Shown piece by piece: positions 1 to 10,053 of a DNA stretch of 64,000 nt. Every line of letters starts with the position of its first letter. Positions within the stretch are counted from its first letter, which is position 1. The position numbers and the translations under genes are program-made. The DNA comes from an uncultured Methanoregulaceae archaeon (GTDB taxonomy: Archaea; Halobacteriota; Methanomicrobia; Methanomicrobiales; Methanospirillaceae), in contig OY969564.1 of the NCBI GenBank assembly GCA_963701095.1, forward strand, positions 1,760,001-1,824,000, read 5' to 3'. The notes under the pieces were generated by a model. The model made no database searches. It was not told where the DNA came from and was given only the letters and a program-made list of their open reading frames with translations.

Positions 1-588
1 CACAATAAGCATGCCATCTTCCACTATAAGACCCGGGTCTGTCGTGGTAAACGAACGACTGGTGTCGGCCCAGCTGATTACCGGCTCTACTTTTGTAACC
101 TTATCCCCGGATTCCCAACGGTCGAGTACAGCTTTCCCGCTTACGACACGGCCTACAACACCCCCGGTATCGTCAGCGCCGTGGTCTGCAATATGACGGC
201 TTTTTGAGAAGATGAGGTACGAGGTTTTCGGATCGTATCCCCCGCAACCGAGAATAACATCTCCTCTTTCGTAAAGACGAGGTTTGCGCAAAGGGTGGAT
301 ATCGGAAGGAAACGGCCCGAATGCAGCAGCGTATCGGTCGGTCCAGTGCAGGGCAAGCCTGCCAATGCTATCCTTCCGTCCGAGTACATCGACTTCAGTT
401 CCCGCAAGCTCAATGGTAATCTCTCCGGCAGTGGTCGTTACTGTGACGTTTTCGGTTTTTTCCTGTTCCTTAGTAGCAGGTCGGATAACAGCAACAGCAC
501 ATTCGCGGGGTTGGTCCGGAATGAGAGAAAGAAGTGTGCTTTGCTCGCCTACTTCGCGAGGTTCCCCATCGAGATAGACATGGATCAT
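1..588 (-). CDS. Methanogenesis marker protein 3 (partial, runs off window start)
   Basis: Manual translation from ATG at 588: MIHVYLDGEPREVGEQSTLLSLIPDQPRECAVAVIRP...VTTTAGEITIEL; lies directly downstream of atwA, the usual position. Confidence 0.8.
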   Translation of the reverse strand, partial: MIHVYLDGEPREVGEQSTLLSLIPDQPRECAVAVIRPATKEQEKTENVTVTTTAGEITIELAGTEVDVLGRKDSIGRLALHWTDRYAAAFGPFPSDIHPLRKPRLYERGDVILGCGGYDPKTSYLIFSKSRHIADHGADDTGGVVGRVVSGKAVLDRWESGDKVTKVEPVISWADTSRSFTTTDPGLIVEDGMLIV

Positions 589-597
589 GTATATCTC

Positions 598-2217
598 TCA
601 GGCGGGTGGTATGGCCTGGGTCATGATCTTACGTTCATCCTCGGTCAGGTGTGCGAGCACATCGGCAGTCTTTCCAATCTCTACAATCTTTCCGCCTCGC
701 ATCAGTGCAATCCGGTCACATATTTCGCGCACGAATTCCATGTCATGCGAGACCACGATGAAGGTTTCATCGATGTCGTCGCGCGAATGCATTATGGAAT
801 GTTTGACATCGATCTTGGTAATCGGATCCATTGTGCCTGTAGGCTCGTCAAGGATTACAATTTTGGGTTCCCGGATTAGAACCTGTGCGAGTGCGACCCG
901 GTGGCGTTCCCCTTCCGAGAGTTGCCCTGGCAACCTTTCAAGAATCTCTTTACTCTTCTCCTCAGTAAATCCGGCCATTTTCAAGGTGACAATAGCCTTT
1001 CGCATGGCCAGCTCCTTGGGGAATTCAAGGCCGATTGCATCCGTGAGATTATCAAGCACGTTACGATGGGGATAGAGGTCGTATTCCTGATGAAGCAGTC
1101 CGATATACTCTTTGGCTCGGCCCCGCTGTTCAACACCCGGCTTGGTCATATCAACCCAATCATCACCAATCTTGATGTTGATTTCTCCGCTTGTAGGCTC
1201 GATGAGTCCGGCTATGATCCGCGAAAGCGTTGTTTTCCCAGCTCCGCTTTTTCCGATGATGCCAAAGATCTCTTTTGTGTATACGTCGAAACTGACGCCA
1301 TTAACGGCTCTGACAACACCCCTGTCGACAGATATATATCGCTTGACAAGGTCCCGGGCAACGACTATCTTTTCTCCTGTCTCTGCATGTTCGAAGACCT
1401 CAGTATCGTCGCAGCCGGCCATAAATTCACTTATCACTTCTTTTGGCGAACCGATTTTTGCGATGGCACCGTCGACAAGCAGGATAGCGCGGCTGGCTAC
1501 ATCTTCTATCACCTGCGAGAAGTGGGATGTTACGACCATGCCCATATTGTTGGTTTTTGCCGCTTCAGTGAGCATTGAATGGACAATCTTTGCGGTTCCT
1601 GGATCCAGCGTACCGGTCGGTTCATCTGCAAAGAGTAAAAACGGCTCTTTTGCGAGTTGCCGGGCAAGCACGACACGTTGCTTTTCTCCCCCAGAAAGAT
1701 CTCGAGCTATATGCATCATCCGGTGAGAGAGCCGCACCTGGTCGATTAGGTCGGCTGCACGATTGATGGCTTTCTCCTGAGGGTAATCAATATCATCGAG
1801 AGCATGAAGGACGTTCTCGATTACCCGGTCATCACCATACAGGGCAAAGGTCCGCTGGAACATTATCGCTGTTCGCCGCATCACCCTTCGTTTTAGTGCA
1901 TCGTTTGTTTCATTCCAGAGATCCACATCGAGTGGCGCGAGCGTTCCGCCGCATTGCGGGCAAGGTTTCCCGGTGGAGCTCGCAACGTCTATGTAATCGC
2001 ACGAGGGACAAGCCGAAACATGGTAGATTATTCTGCCACTCGTTGGCGGTTGTTCCACACCTCTCATGAGGTGCATCAGCACGGTCTTACCGGCGCCGCT
2101 CCTGCCAATGATCCCCAGAATCTCACCTTCGGCGATTTCAAATGAGATATTTCTGAGGGCATGCGAGCCATCAAAATCCATACAGATGTTGTCGACCGTG
2201 ATCAATGGAGCCTTCAT
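598..2217 (-). CDS. atwA: Methyl-coenzyme M reductase system component A2 (dual ABC ATPase)
   Basis: Two Walker A motifs (GRSGAGKT, GKSGAGKT), LSGGE/LSEGE signatures, Zn insert CPSC...CPQC. Confidence 0.95.
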   Translation of the reverse strand: MKAPLITVDNICMDFDGSHALRNISFEIAEGEILGIIGRSGAGKTVLMHLMRGVEQPPTSGRIIYHVSACPSCDYIDVASSTGKPCPQCGGTLAPLDVDLWNETNDALKRRVMRRTAIMFQRTFALYGDDRVIENVLHALDDIDYPQEKAINRAADLIDQVRLSHRMMHIARDLSGGEKQRVVLARQLAKEPFLLFADEPTGTLDPGTAKIVHSMLTEAAKTNNMGMVVTSHFSQVIEDVASRAILLVDGAIAKIGSPKEVISEFMAGCDDTEVFEHAETGEKIVVARDLVKRYISVDRGVVRAVNGVSFDVYTKEIFGIIGKSGAGKTTLSRIIAGLIEPTSGEINIKIGDDWVDMTKPGVEQRGRAKEYIGLLHQEYDLYPHRNVLDNLTDAIGLEFPKELAMRKAIVTLKMAGFTEEKSKEILERLPGQLSEGERHRVALAQVLIREPKIVILDEPTGTMDPITKIDVKHSIMHSRDDIDETFIVVSHDMEFVREICDRIALMRGGKIVEIGKTADVLAHLTEDERKIMTQAIPPA

Positions 2218-2317
2218 AATTCCCTTGTATCTAATCTGGAAGTGGTGTCATATTACCTTTTATATGCTGCCCGCGATAGTCACGATCGGGAATTAGCGTA
2301 TAGTGCAAAAATTTTCT

Positions 2318-3124
2318 CTATAATAAATTCTTAATGATAGGTAGCACATCTCTCACGTGGCTGATGACATGATCGGCCACATCGAAAAGTTCACCCGGTC
2401 GGTTACCTGTCTGCTGCACGGTGAGAATTGCGGTATCAGCTTTTGTAAACGCACCCAGATCGTTTATTCCGTCACCGACCATGACCACGTGATCGTACTC
2501 GTTTTTCAGGTCCGTGATGATCTGCGCTTTGATGGTCGGCGTTGCTACACCGTAAACCCGGTCACGGGGAATGCCGAGATGATCAGCCATGATCTCCAAT
2601 TTTGTCGAGCGGTCTCCCGAAGCGATAAAGGTGGGCACACCCATACGGTGGAGGGCGGTGATAGTCTCTTTTGCGCCCTCAAATGGCCAGCCTCCCGCTG
2701 TTACCGTAAATTCTATAGACTTGTGTGCCATGTTGAGAATTGCCCCACTGTTGAGCGTCAGCATAGTCTCGCATCTGCAGACTCCCCAGACGTCCCGGAT
2801 ACATTCCTGAAGATCACTAACACGTGCTTGAGTATCAGCATACAGCATATCGCCGATCTCTTCTGCAGTTGTGATTTTTCTGGTGCAGCTGATGCCAAAA
2901 CCTACCTGATTTTCTGATAGGTATTCAGAAAGGAGCATATCCGGCGGGGCAGCGATAATATGTTTGGAGTGGACTGGTATGACGATCAATACGCGTTCCA
3001 GCGAGGCGAAGGTAAGTGTGGTGGTCTCTATCCCGGGCATCAGTACCTTCTTCCTGATATTCTTTGCGACCCGGTATGTGTTCAGAAGTGTTCCGGCACT
3101 GTCAAAAACCACGGCTACGGTCAT
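2318..3124 (-). CDS. HAD-superfamily hydrolase (soluble P-type ATPase-like)
   Basis: VFDSAGT, ASGD and MVGDGIND motifs. Confidence 0.85.
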   Translation of the reverse strand: MTVAVVFDSAGTLLNTYRVAKNIRKKVLMPGIETTTLTFASLERVLIVIPVHSKHIIAAPPDMLLSEYLSENQVGFGISCTRKITTAEEIGDMLYADTQARVSDLQECIRDVWGVCRCETMLTLNSGAILNMAHKSIEFTVTAGGWPFEGAKETITALHRMGVPTFIASGDRSTKLEIMADHLGIPRDRVYGVATPTIKAQIITDLKNEYDHVVMVGDGINDLGAFTKADTAILTVQQTGNRPGELFDVADHVISHVRDVLPIIKNLL

Positions 3125-3174
3125 TGTTTCACCCGGTAATAAACTCTATGTAGATTCCCCTCTCTATTGAAAGG

Positions 3175-4143
3175 ATGATGCTGATGATCGTACCTGAAAC
3201 TGCGGAGAAGATAAAGAGCATGGAGATCCGGGGGGCGGGAAGAATTGCAAGGGCTGTTGCCGTAGCTCTCCGGGATCATGCACGTTCGCTCCAGGTTCAG
3301 ACTCCAGATGCCTTCAGGCAGGAAATGGAGCATGCCGCAAAACTGCTCCTCGCTACCCGGCCGACAGCGGTATCCCTGCCAAATGCAGTCCATATGGTCA
3401 TGGCCGGTCTAAATCATGCCAAGACAACCGATGAAGCAAAGTCCGGCGTAATCAGACGCGCAGATGAATTCATTACATCGTCGCAGCATGCAGTAGAACA
3501 GATCGCGCAATTCGGGGCTAGTCACATACGAGACGGTGATACCATCCTGACGCATTGCAACTCTGAGGTTGCACTCGGATGTATTATCGAGGCCCACCGG
3601 CAGGGAAAAAAGATCGAGGTTTTTGCTACTGAAGTGCGGCCAAGAAACCAGGGGCTTATCACAATCCGGACATTAAACGATGCAGGTATAAAAACAAACT
3701 TTATCGTGGATTCTGCGGTCAGAACGTTCATCAACGATGTAGATCTGGTTATTGTAGGAGCCGACGCAGTAACCGTGAACGGAGCTGTAGTGAATAAGAT
3801 CGGGACGGCGCAGGTTGCCCATTCTGCCCGCGAGGCGCGGGTAAACCTGATGGTAGCTGCCGAGACCTATAAGTTTGCACCTCGAACAATCCTTGGTGAG
3901 TTCATCCGGATCGAAGAAAGAGCCGGAAACGAAGTTCTTGCCGATGATATCGCCCGGGCCCTTCCGTATGTTACTGTGAGAAATCCGGCTTTTGATGTTA
4001 CTCCCTCAGAATACATTGACCTGATCGTCACTGAGAAAGGTGCAATCCCGCCCCAGATGGCCTATGTAATCATCCGGGATTATCTTGGATGGGGAATTGA
4101 CGAATTTCACCTGGCGTTCGGGCCCGGTCTTAATGGAGAATAA
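3175..4143 (+). CDS. Ribose-1,5-bisphosphate isomerase (eIF-2B-like family)
   Basis: MEIRGAG, TRPTAVSL, THCNS, NKIGT, NPAFDVTP motifs. Confidence 0.9.
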   Translation: MMLMIVPETAEKIKSMEIRGAGRIARAVAVALRDHARSLQVQTPDAFRQEMEHAAKLLLATRPTAVSLPNAVHMVMAGLNHAKTTDEAKSGVIRRADEFITSSQHAVEQIAQFGASHIRDGDTILTHCNSEVALGCIIEAHRQGKKIEVFATEVRPRNQGLITIRTLNDAGIKTNFIVDSAVRTFINDVDLVIVGADAVTVNGAVVNKIGTAQVAHSAREARVNLMVAAETYKFAPRTILGEFIRIEERAGNEVLADDIARALPYVTVRNPAFDVTPSEYIDLIVTEKGAIPPQMAYVIIRDYLGWGIDEFHLAFGPGLNGE

Positions 4144-4270
4144 GTCAAAACCCTCCTGCACTGTAAACCAGAGCGATGTTTTTATTGAACAACACATCTC
4201 AGGAATAATTCAACCGGCAACCCGGCGTTTTATATGTTCGAGGATACGCTGGACTGCCAGGGGCACCATA

Positions 4271-5089
4271 ATGGAAATACCCTTTACTAAATTACACGGA
4301 AACGGTAACGATTTCATCCTTATCGATGAATATGAGGAAACGGTCATCCCCGATGATCTGAAGGCGCACTTTGCTGCACTTTACTGCGACCGGAGGTTCG
4401 GGATCGGTGCTGACGGGATTCTCTACCTCTTAAAGTCGGTTGATAATGATATCAGGATGAGAATTTTCCAGCCTGACGAAAGTGAGGCCGAGATGTGCGG
4501 CAACGGTGTCCGCTGCATTGCCAAGTATGCGCTTGATGCAGGGTATGTAGGAGAAACCTTCACCGTCGAAACTGCCGCAGGGCAGGTCGGAGTTACGGCA
4601 AAATACGCGGGTGAGGAGTTTACTGCGATCATCAATATGCCCACGCCCGGATTCACCCGCGGGGACATTCCGGCATCCGGCGATGGTGAATATAACGAAC
4701 ATATCGGAGGGTTAGAGGTCTATGCCGTAAATACCGGAGTACCCCACGCAGTAATCCTTATCGATGCAGTCGACACGGTAGACATTACTGCAGATGCCCC
4801 GGCAATACGGCACCATCCCTCATTTCCCGAGGGTGCAAACGTGAACTTTGTGGAAAAGACCGGCGATGATTCCCTGAAAATACGCACATTCGAACGTGGC
4901 GTTGAAGAGGAAACTCTTTCCTGCGGGACTGGAGCGACCGCAGCAGCCGCAGTCGTGCGCCGGCTCGGATACATGGGCGATACGATCCATGTTGAAACGA
5001 AGGGGGGACCTCTCACGATTCATTTCAATGATGGGGTAAAAATGGAAGGCCCGGCAGTCACGGTTTACACGGGCTTTATCAGCTACTAA
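4271..5089 (+). CDS. dapF: Diaminopimelate epimerase
   Basis: HGNGNDF, EMCGNG, NTGVPH, ETLSCGTG; start placed at ATG 4271. Confidence 0.95.
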   Translation: MEIPFTKLHGNGNDFILIDEYEETVIPDDLKAHFAALYCDRRFGIGADGILYLLKSVDNDIRMRIFQPDESEAEMCGNGVRCIAKYALDAGYVGETFTVETAAGQVGVTAKYAGEEFTAIINMPTPGFTRGDIPASGDGEYNEHIGGLEVYAVNTGVPHAVILIDAVDTVDITADAPAIRHHPSFPEGANVNFVEKTGDDSLKIRTFERGVEEETLSCGTGATAAAAVVRRLGYMGDTIHVETKGGPLTIHFNDGVKMEGPAVTVYTGFISY

Positions 5090-5128
5090 TTTTTTAGCAG
5101 ATTTTCCCGGTATCATCGAAGGAGAAGG

Positions 5129-5806
5129 CTACTCTCGTGCCCTGATTCCATCCTGAACCAGCTCAAAATCAAACCAAGCGCCTTCGGGTCGTGACCGGTG
5201 CTTGACAAGGGTCGCCCGCCGCCATCCGGCCCCCTCGAGCCTGTCCAGCCGGACGATAGCCTTTGATATATGTTCGAGCGATGTCCCACCCAATCCGGCA
5301 AACGTGTTCCTCGTCGTATCCATGTAGACCTGATTGGTTATGAGTACAGCCGGCTCGTACCTTTTTGCATATCCGAGAAGCTGGAGCATCTGCCGGGTAA
5401 GCATCTGCATGGCGTCACGGCCTTTCTCCAGATCGGTCCGGTAGAGCGCGGTTGCCGAGTCCAGTACAATAAGGCCGGGCTGGTGCTGACGGAGGACTTT
5501 GTCGGCTTCCACAATCATACTACCCTGTTGTTCGAAGTCTATAGGTTCGAAGAGGAAAAGCCGGTCTGCTATAGCCGCGGAATCGTTATCCGCGATCTGC
5601 CGGAACCGCTCTGTCGAGAAACCCTCGGAATCGATGAACACAACAGAATCCCCGGCCCGCAGGCAGGAGATGGCGGCAACCATGGACAGCGTACTTTTGC
5701 CGCTTGCCGGACCTCCAAAAATCTGGGTTATGGTGCGTAATTCAAGTCCTCCCCCCAGCAGACGGTCAAGGGCAGGATTCCCGCTGCTGCGCCGGTCGGC
5801 CTTCAT
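5129..5806 (-). CDS. radB: DNA repair and recombination protein RadB
   Basis: 225-aa RecA fold; GGPASGKS, LDSAT, ITNQV, KHR motif. Confidence 0.92.
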   Translation of the reverse strand: MKADRRSSGNPALDRLLGGGLELRTITQIFGGPASGKSTLSMVAAISCLRAGDSVVFIDSEGFSTERFRQIADNDSAAIADRLFLFEPIDFEQQGSMIVEADKVLRQHQPGLIVLDSATALYRTDLEKGRDAMQMLTRQMLQLLGYAKRYEPAVLITNQVYMDTTRNTFAGLGGTSLEHISKAIVRLDRLEGAGWRRATLVKHRSRPEGAWFDFELVQDGIRARE

Positions 5807-7023
5807 TTGCCACCCGGAACTTTCCGGTGCTTTTTTTCGCTGGTCATCATTTCTGCCGCAATCTGTGCAGCGGAGAGTACGTCCCGCACCGGTACACCCA
5901 GCTCTTCAGCGATACTCCTCGCTGCATCAAATTCCGGCTTGCATGTGTATACTATCCCATCCATCCACCCGCATTTCACCGGAAGATGTTTTTTATGTCC
6001 GCTTATAACAACGTCCACTTCTGTAAATGTCCGGTCTGCAGTGAAGCGGTGGATAGCGGGAATACACCTTATGCCAAGTGTTCCCAGTTCGCGTGCCATG
6101 AGTCTGGCAAAAGTCGCGGATAATGCTGGTTGTACGATAACTGTTACAAGGTATCCCGGCCGCCCTTTTTTCATGAGAATGGGTGTTGCACTCGCATCCC
6201 GGGCCCCGGCGGCCATGAACCGTGCCAGCGCCTCTCCGATCACCTCACCGTTAACATCATCAACGTTCGTTTCGAGGATATCAACAATATCCCGGGGCAT
6301 AGCTGCTACGGCATCAAAAGTCTCCACTACCATTGCCCGCAAGACGTTCGGTGTATGCTCTGGGTTTCTGCTCCCGGCGCCGTAACCGGAAGTGAGTATC
6401 GTATTTGCACCAAGATTGGCAGGTGCCATAGTAGTAAACTCGGCGAGGAGAGCGGCACCGGTAGGTGTGCAAAGCTCGGAATCATCCCCTCCATGAAGTG
6501 TTGAGAGCCCGGATCCTGTGAGTATCGCGACGGTAGCGGGCGCTGGAACCGGGAAGCGACCGTGGGACCCTGTTGCTGTACCGGATCCGAGTGCAATTGG
6601 CAGGACCGTGACGCCATCAACCCCAAGCGAGGAAAGTGCAGTACAGGCACCAATTACGTCAGCGACAGCATCGTCAGCACCGACTTCATGGAAGTGGACA
6701 TGCTTTCCGTGCACCATTTCTTCTGCCGCGTTGAGCCGTAAAAAGACACGGCGTGCCATGGCTCGTGCATCTTCCGGAACCTGCAAAGCCGCAGCATCCA
6801 ACCGTTTTTCCACTTCTGTGAATGTCCTGTGTTCCATCGTTGCATGGGTATTAACTTTCACAGCCCGGATACCGGCACGGTCGACGATTTCCACGGTTGG
6901 ATCTGGGACTATGGCCCGCATTGCGGTTATAACCCGCTCCTGGTCCGCTCCGCAGGCTATAAGGGCGGCTGTGATCATATCCCCTGCTGCGCCATGGAAC
7001 GGATCAAAAACAAGAATGCGCAT
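5803..7023 (-). CDS. larC: Nickel pincer cofactor biosynthesis protein LarC
   Basis: GAAGDM, VHFHEVG, PVPAPAT, TPTGAA, ETNVDD, MKKGRPG. Confidence 0.93.
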   Translation of the reverse strand: MRILVFDPFHGAAGDMITAALIACGADQERVITAMRAIVPDPTVEIVDRAGIRAVKVNTHATMEHRTFTEVEKRLDAAALQVPEDARAMARRVFLRLNAAEEMVHGKHVHFHEVGADDAVADVIGACTALSSLGVDGVTVLPIALGSGTATGSHGRFPVPAPATVAILTGSGLSTLHGGDDSELCTPTGAALLAEFTTMAPANLGANTILTSGYGAGSRNPEHTPNVLRAMVVETFDAVAAMPRDIVDILETNVDDVNGEVIGEALARFMAAGARDASATPILMKKGRPGYLVTVIVQPALSATFARLMARELGTLGIRCIPAIHRFTADRTFTEVDVVISGHKKHLPVKCGWMDGIVYTCKPEFDAARSIAEELGVPVRDVLSAAQIAAEMMTSEKKHRKVPGGK

Positions 7024-7065
7024 TTACAGTACCTATAAATCCCTGCGTATATGACCTTTAAGGTA

Positions 7066-9483
7066 ATGCCCGAAGTGCAACTGAAGGTCGATTCAGCTTA
7101 TCCCGGTGACCAAGGCGGAGGGAAAGCAAGACTTGATCCTGAAACCATGCTCCTTCTGAAGATTTCACCAGGGGATCTCGTGGTAATCGAGGGAAAACGT
7201 CGGACTGTGGCAAAGGTCTGGCGTTCCCTGGTTGAGGACTGGAACCAGCGGAAGATCCGGATCGACAATTTTACCCGTCTTAATGCCGGCGTGAGTATAG
7301 GAGATGCCGTCAAGGTATCGACACTGTCGGAGGAGATCGAGGCGAAACGTGTCGTGCTTGCTCCTCCCGAAGACCTGCCAAAAAAGATGCCGATTGCAAA
7401 TAACCCTCATGTCATTAATGGTCTGCTTGATTTCCCGGTTGTGAAAAACGACTCAATCCCTATTATGCTGGGGATGCCGTTTGTCCAGCCTCAGATCGTC
7501 GCGTTCAAGGTAGTGGAGATCGAGCCTGAAGAGGCCGTGATCATCACAAAAAACACCTCGGTCGAATTCTCTGATAAACCCGCCGCAGGATTCGAAGGAT
7601 TAAAAAGATTCTCGTATGAGGATATCGGAGGCCTAAAAGATGAGCTCCAGAGACTCCGCGAGACCATTGAACTACCCCTGCGACACCCTGAGCTCTTCCA
7701 GAAACTCGGGATTGAACCCCCCAAAGGCGTCTTACTCTATGGTCCGCCGGGAACGGGTAAAACTCTTATTGCAAAAGCGGTGGCAAGCGAGAGCGGGGCG
7801 CACTTCATCTCGATTGCCGGTCCTGAAGTTATCTCAAAATATTACGGTGAAAGCGAACAACGCCTGCGTGAGGTCTTTGAGGAGGCTCGGGAAAATGCAC
7901 CTTCAATTATCTTCATCGATGAACTGGATTCAATTGCACCCCGGCGTGAGGAAGTGACCGGAGAGGTTGAGCGCCGTGTCGTTGCCCAGCTCCTTACCAT
8001 GATGGACGGTCTTGAGGAACGGGGGCAGGTCGTTGTGATCGGCGCGACAAACCGGGTCGACGCGATCGATGCAGCCCTCCGCCGGCCCGGAAGATTCGAC
8101 CGCGAGATCGAGATTGGTGTCCCGAGCGAACCGGATCGGATCGAGATCCTGAAGATCCACACCCGGGGCATGCCGCTTGCTGAAGACGTTAGTCTCGAAT
8201 CTCTCTCCCAGCAGACCCATGGGTTCGTTGGAGCCGACCTTGCAGCCCTCGCCCGTGAGGCAGCTATACGAGCCCTGCGCCGATATCTCCCCGATCTCGA
8301 TCTCGATAAAGCGGAGATCGATCAGGAGACCCTCGACAAGCTACGGGTGTATGCAAGCGACTTCAGGAGTGCCCAGCGTGACGTGGGCCCAAGTGCAATG
8401 CGCGAAGTGATGCTCGAAGTCTCACATGTGAAATGGACAACCGTTGGAGGCCTTGATGCGGCAAAAACTGAGGTCCGTGAAGCGGTCGAGTACCCCTTAA
8501 CGCACCATGACCGGTTTGAAGATCTTGGTATCGAACCCCCACGAGGCGTACTGCTTTACGGCCCTCCGGGGACAGGTAAAACACTTATCGCAAAAGCGGT
8601 GGCAAGCGAGAGCGGTGCCAACTTTATTCCGGTCCGGGGTCCGCAACTGCTCTCCAAATGGGTTGGCGAGAGTGAACGTGCGGTGCGGGAGATCTTCCGG
8701 AAGGCCCGCCAGGTATCGCCATCGATTATTTTCTTTGACGAGATTGATGCCCTTGCTCCAGCGAGAGGGACATCGAGCGATTCACATGTAATCGACAATG
8801 TCCTTAACCAGATCTTAACTGAGATGGATGGCCTTGAAGAACTCAAGGACGTCGTCGTCATGGGGGCAACTAATCGCCCGGACATTGTAGATCCGGCGCT
8901 TCTTCGGGCCGGACGATTCGACCGGCTCGTCTATATTGGTGAACCGACGCTTGCAGACCGTGTCAAGATTATCGGTATTCACTTAGCGTTTATGCCACTC
9001 GAAGGTTCAAATCTCGAAGAAATTGTCGATCTAACCGACGGGTACACTGAGGAAATGCTGGGAGATTTGATCGAGAGTCTCGGGAAAAATGCCACTATAA
9101 CAGCAGCTATGATTAAAGCCGCCATCGTACCGGCAAAAGAGTCGAGCACCGGCGTCTCCAAGGGTGCGAGGCGACGACGTCTTGTCGAGCTTATGCATGA
9201 AAAGAATCTCTCATTCGAAGACCCGGCCCGGGATAGCCAGGTTACCGCCCTGGCGCAGATAACCGAAGGGTTTGTCGGTGCAGATCTCGAATCACTCTGT
9301 CGTGAGGCCGGTATGCTTGCCCTCCGGGAGCAGGGGATTGTCGTGACGCAGAGGCATTTCGAAGAGGCACAAAAGAAGGTCCATCCGACCATGAACGACA
9401 ATCTGCGGGATTATTATAACAAAATCCAGCAGCATTTCAAAGGCGGTCTTCCTGCAAAGGTCCAGCCGCCGGAATACCAGTAA
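7066..9483 (+). CDS. cdc48: CDC48/VCP family AAA+ ATPase
   Basis: N domain plus two AAA modules (GPPGTGKT twice, IDELD/FDEID); start either ATG 7051 or 7066. Confidence 0.95.
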   Translation: MPEVQLKVDSAYPGDQGGGKARLDPETMLLLKISPGDLVVIEGKRRTVAKVWRSLVEDWNQRKIRIDNFTRLNAGVSIGDAVKVSTLSEEIEAKRVVLAPPEDLPKKMPIANNPHVINGLLDFPVVKNDSIPIMLGMPFVQPQIVAFKVVEIEPEEAVIITKNTSVEFSDKPAAGFEGLKRFSYEDIGGLKDELQRLRETIELPLRHPELFQKLGIEPPKGVLLYGPPGTGKTLIAKAVASESGAHFISIAGPEVISKYYGESEQRLREVFEEARENAPSIIFIDELDSIAPRREEVTGEVERRVVAQLLTMMDGLEERGQVVVIGATNRVDAIDAALRRPGRFDREIEIGVPSEPDRIEILKIHTRGMPLAEDVSLESLSQQTHGFVGADLAALAREAAIRALRRYLPDLDLDKAEIDQETLDKLRVYASDFRSAQRDVGPSAMREVMLEVSHVKWTTVGGLDAAKTEVREAVEYPLTHHDRFEDLGIEPPRGVLLYGPPGTGKTLIAKAVASESGANFIPVRGPQLLSKWVGESERAVREIFRKARQVSPSIIFFDEIDALAPARGTSSDSHVIDNVLNQILTEMDGLEELKDVVVMGATNRPDIVDPALLRAGRFDRLVYIGEPTLADRVKIIGIHLAFMPLEGSNLEEIVDLTDGYTEEMLGDLIESLGKNATITAAMIKAAIVPAKESSTGVSKGARRRRLVELMHEKNLSFEDPARDSQVTALAQITEGFVGADLESLCREAGMLALREQGIVVTQRHFEEAQKKVHPTMNDNLRDYYNKIQQHFKGGLPAKVQPPEYQ

Positions 9484-9545
9484 TTTCTCTCACATTTTTC
9501 CAGATACTGATCCGGAAAACTCCGGAAAAAAGATTATCTGACAGA

Positions 9546-9878
9546 TTATTCATTTATCTGGCGTTCGTTGATCTTTGCAGCCATGATAAAATCGTTGAGG
9601 GTCAGTCCGCCGGCCGGGTACGAATAATATCCAACCTCAACATACCGTCCCTCCCGCATTGCGAGATCGGGGATATGCCCCTCCTCTGTGGACAGAGTCA
9701 GTACATCATTGAGGAACGCAATGGACTGTTCGCTTTTTTCAAAGGTAAACGTCCGGGTCAGGTGACCGTTTTCAAGCAACCAACCAGGCACTTCCTTCAA
9801 AAGTTCAACGGTATCTTTTCGGGTAATAGGTGGCGAGCCGGGCTTATAGGCTGAGCATTTTCTCTCCGCGAGTTCCAT
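9546..9878 (-). CDS. Pterin-4-alpha-carbinolamine dehydratase family protein
   Basis: LxRTFxF, EEGHIPD, GGLTLNDFIMAAKI; probable start MELAERKC. Confidence 0.85.
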   Translation of the reverse strand: MELAERKCSAYKPGSPPITRKDTVELLKEVPGWLLENGHLTRTFTFEKSEQSIAFLNDVLTLSTEEGHIPDLAMREGRYVEVGYYSYPAGGLTLNDFIMAAKINERQINE

Positions 9879-10053
9879 GCGTATGTGTCCGTCCTGCAAC
9901 CAAAAAAGGTTTTTCTCATAAAACGCACAATTGGCTTATTTTCCTTTAACTTCAGCCGGAAAACCAAGGATCCTGCTTTTCAGGTTACCCTAAACCATCC
10001 TGTCATACCGGCTTTACGTAAACACCTTAACACACCCGGCACAACAGAATACT

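Noticed and set aside
598..2217. atwA as a membrane transporter or antibiotic-resistance ABC-F protein
   Set aside because: Zn-binding insert and linkage to marker 3 identify it as MCR component A2.
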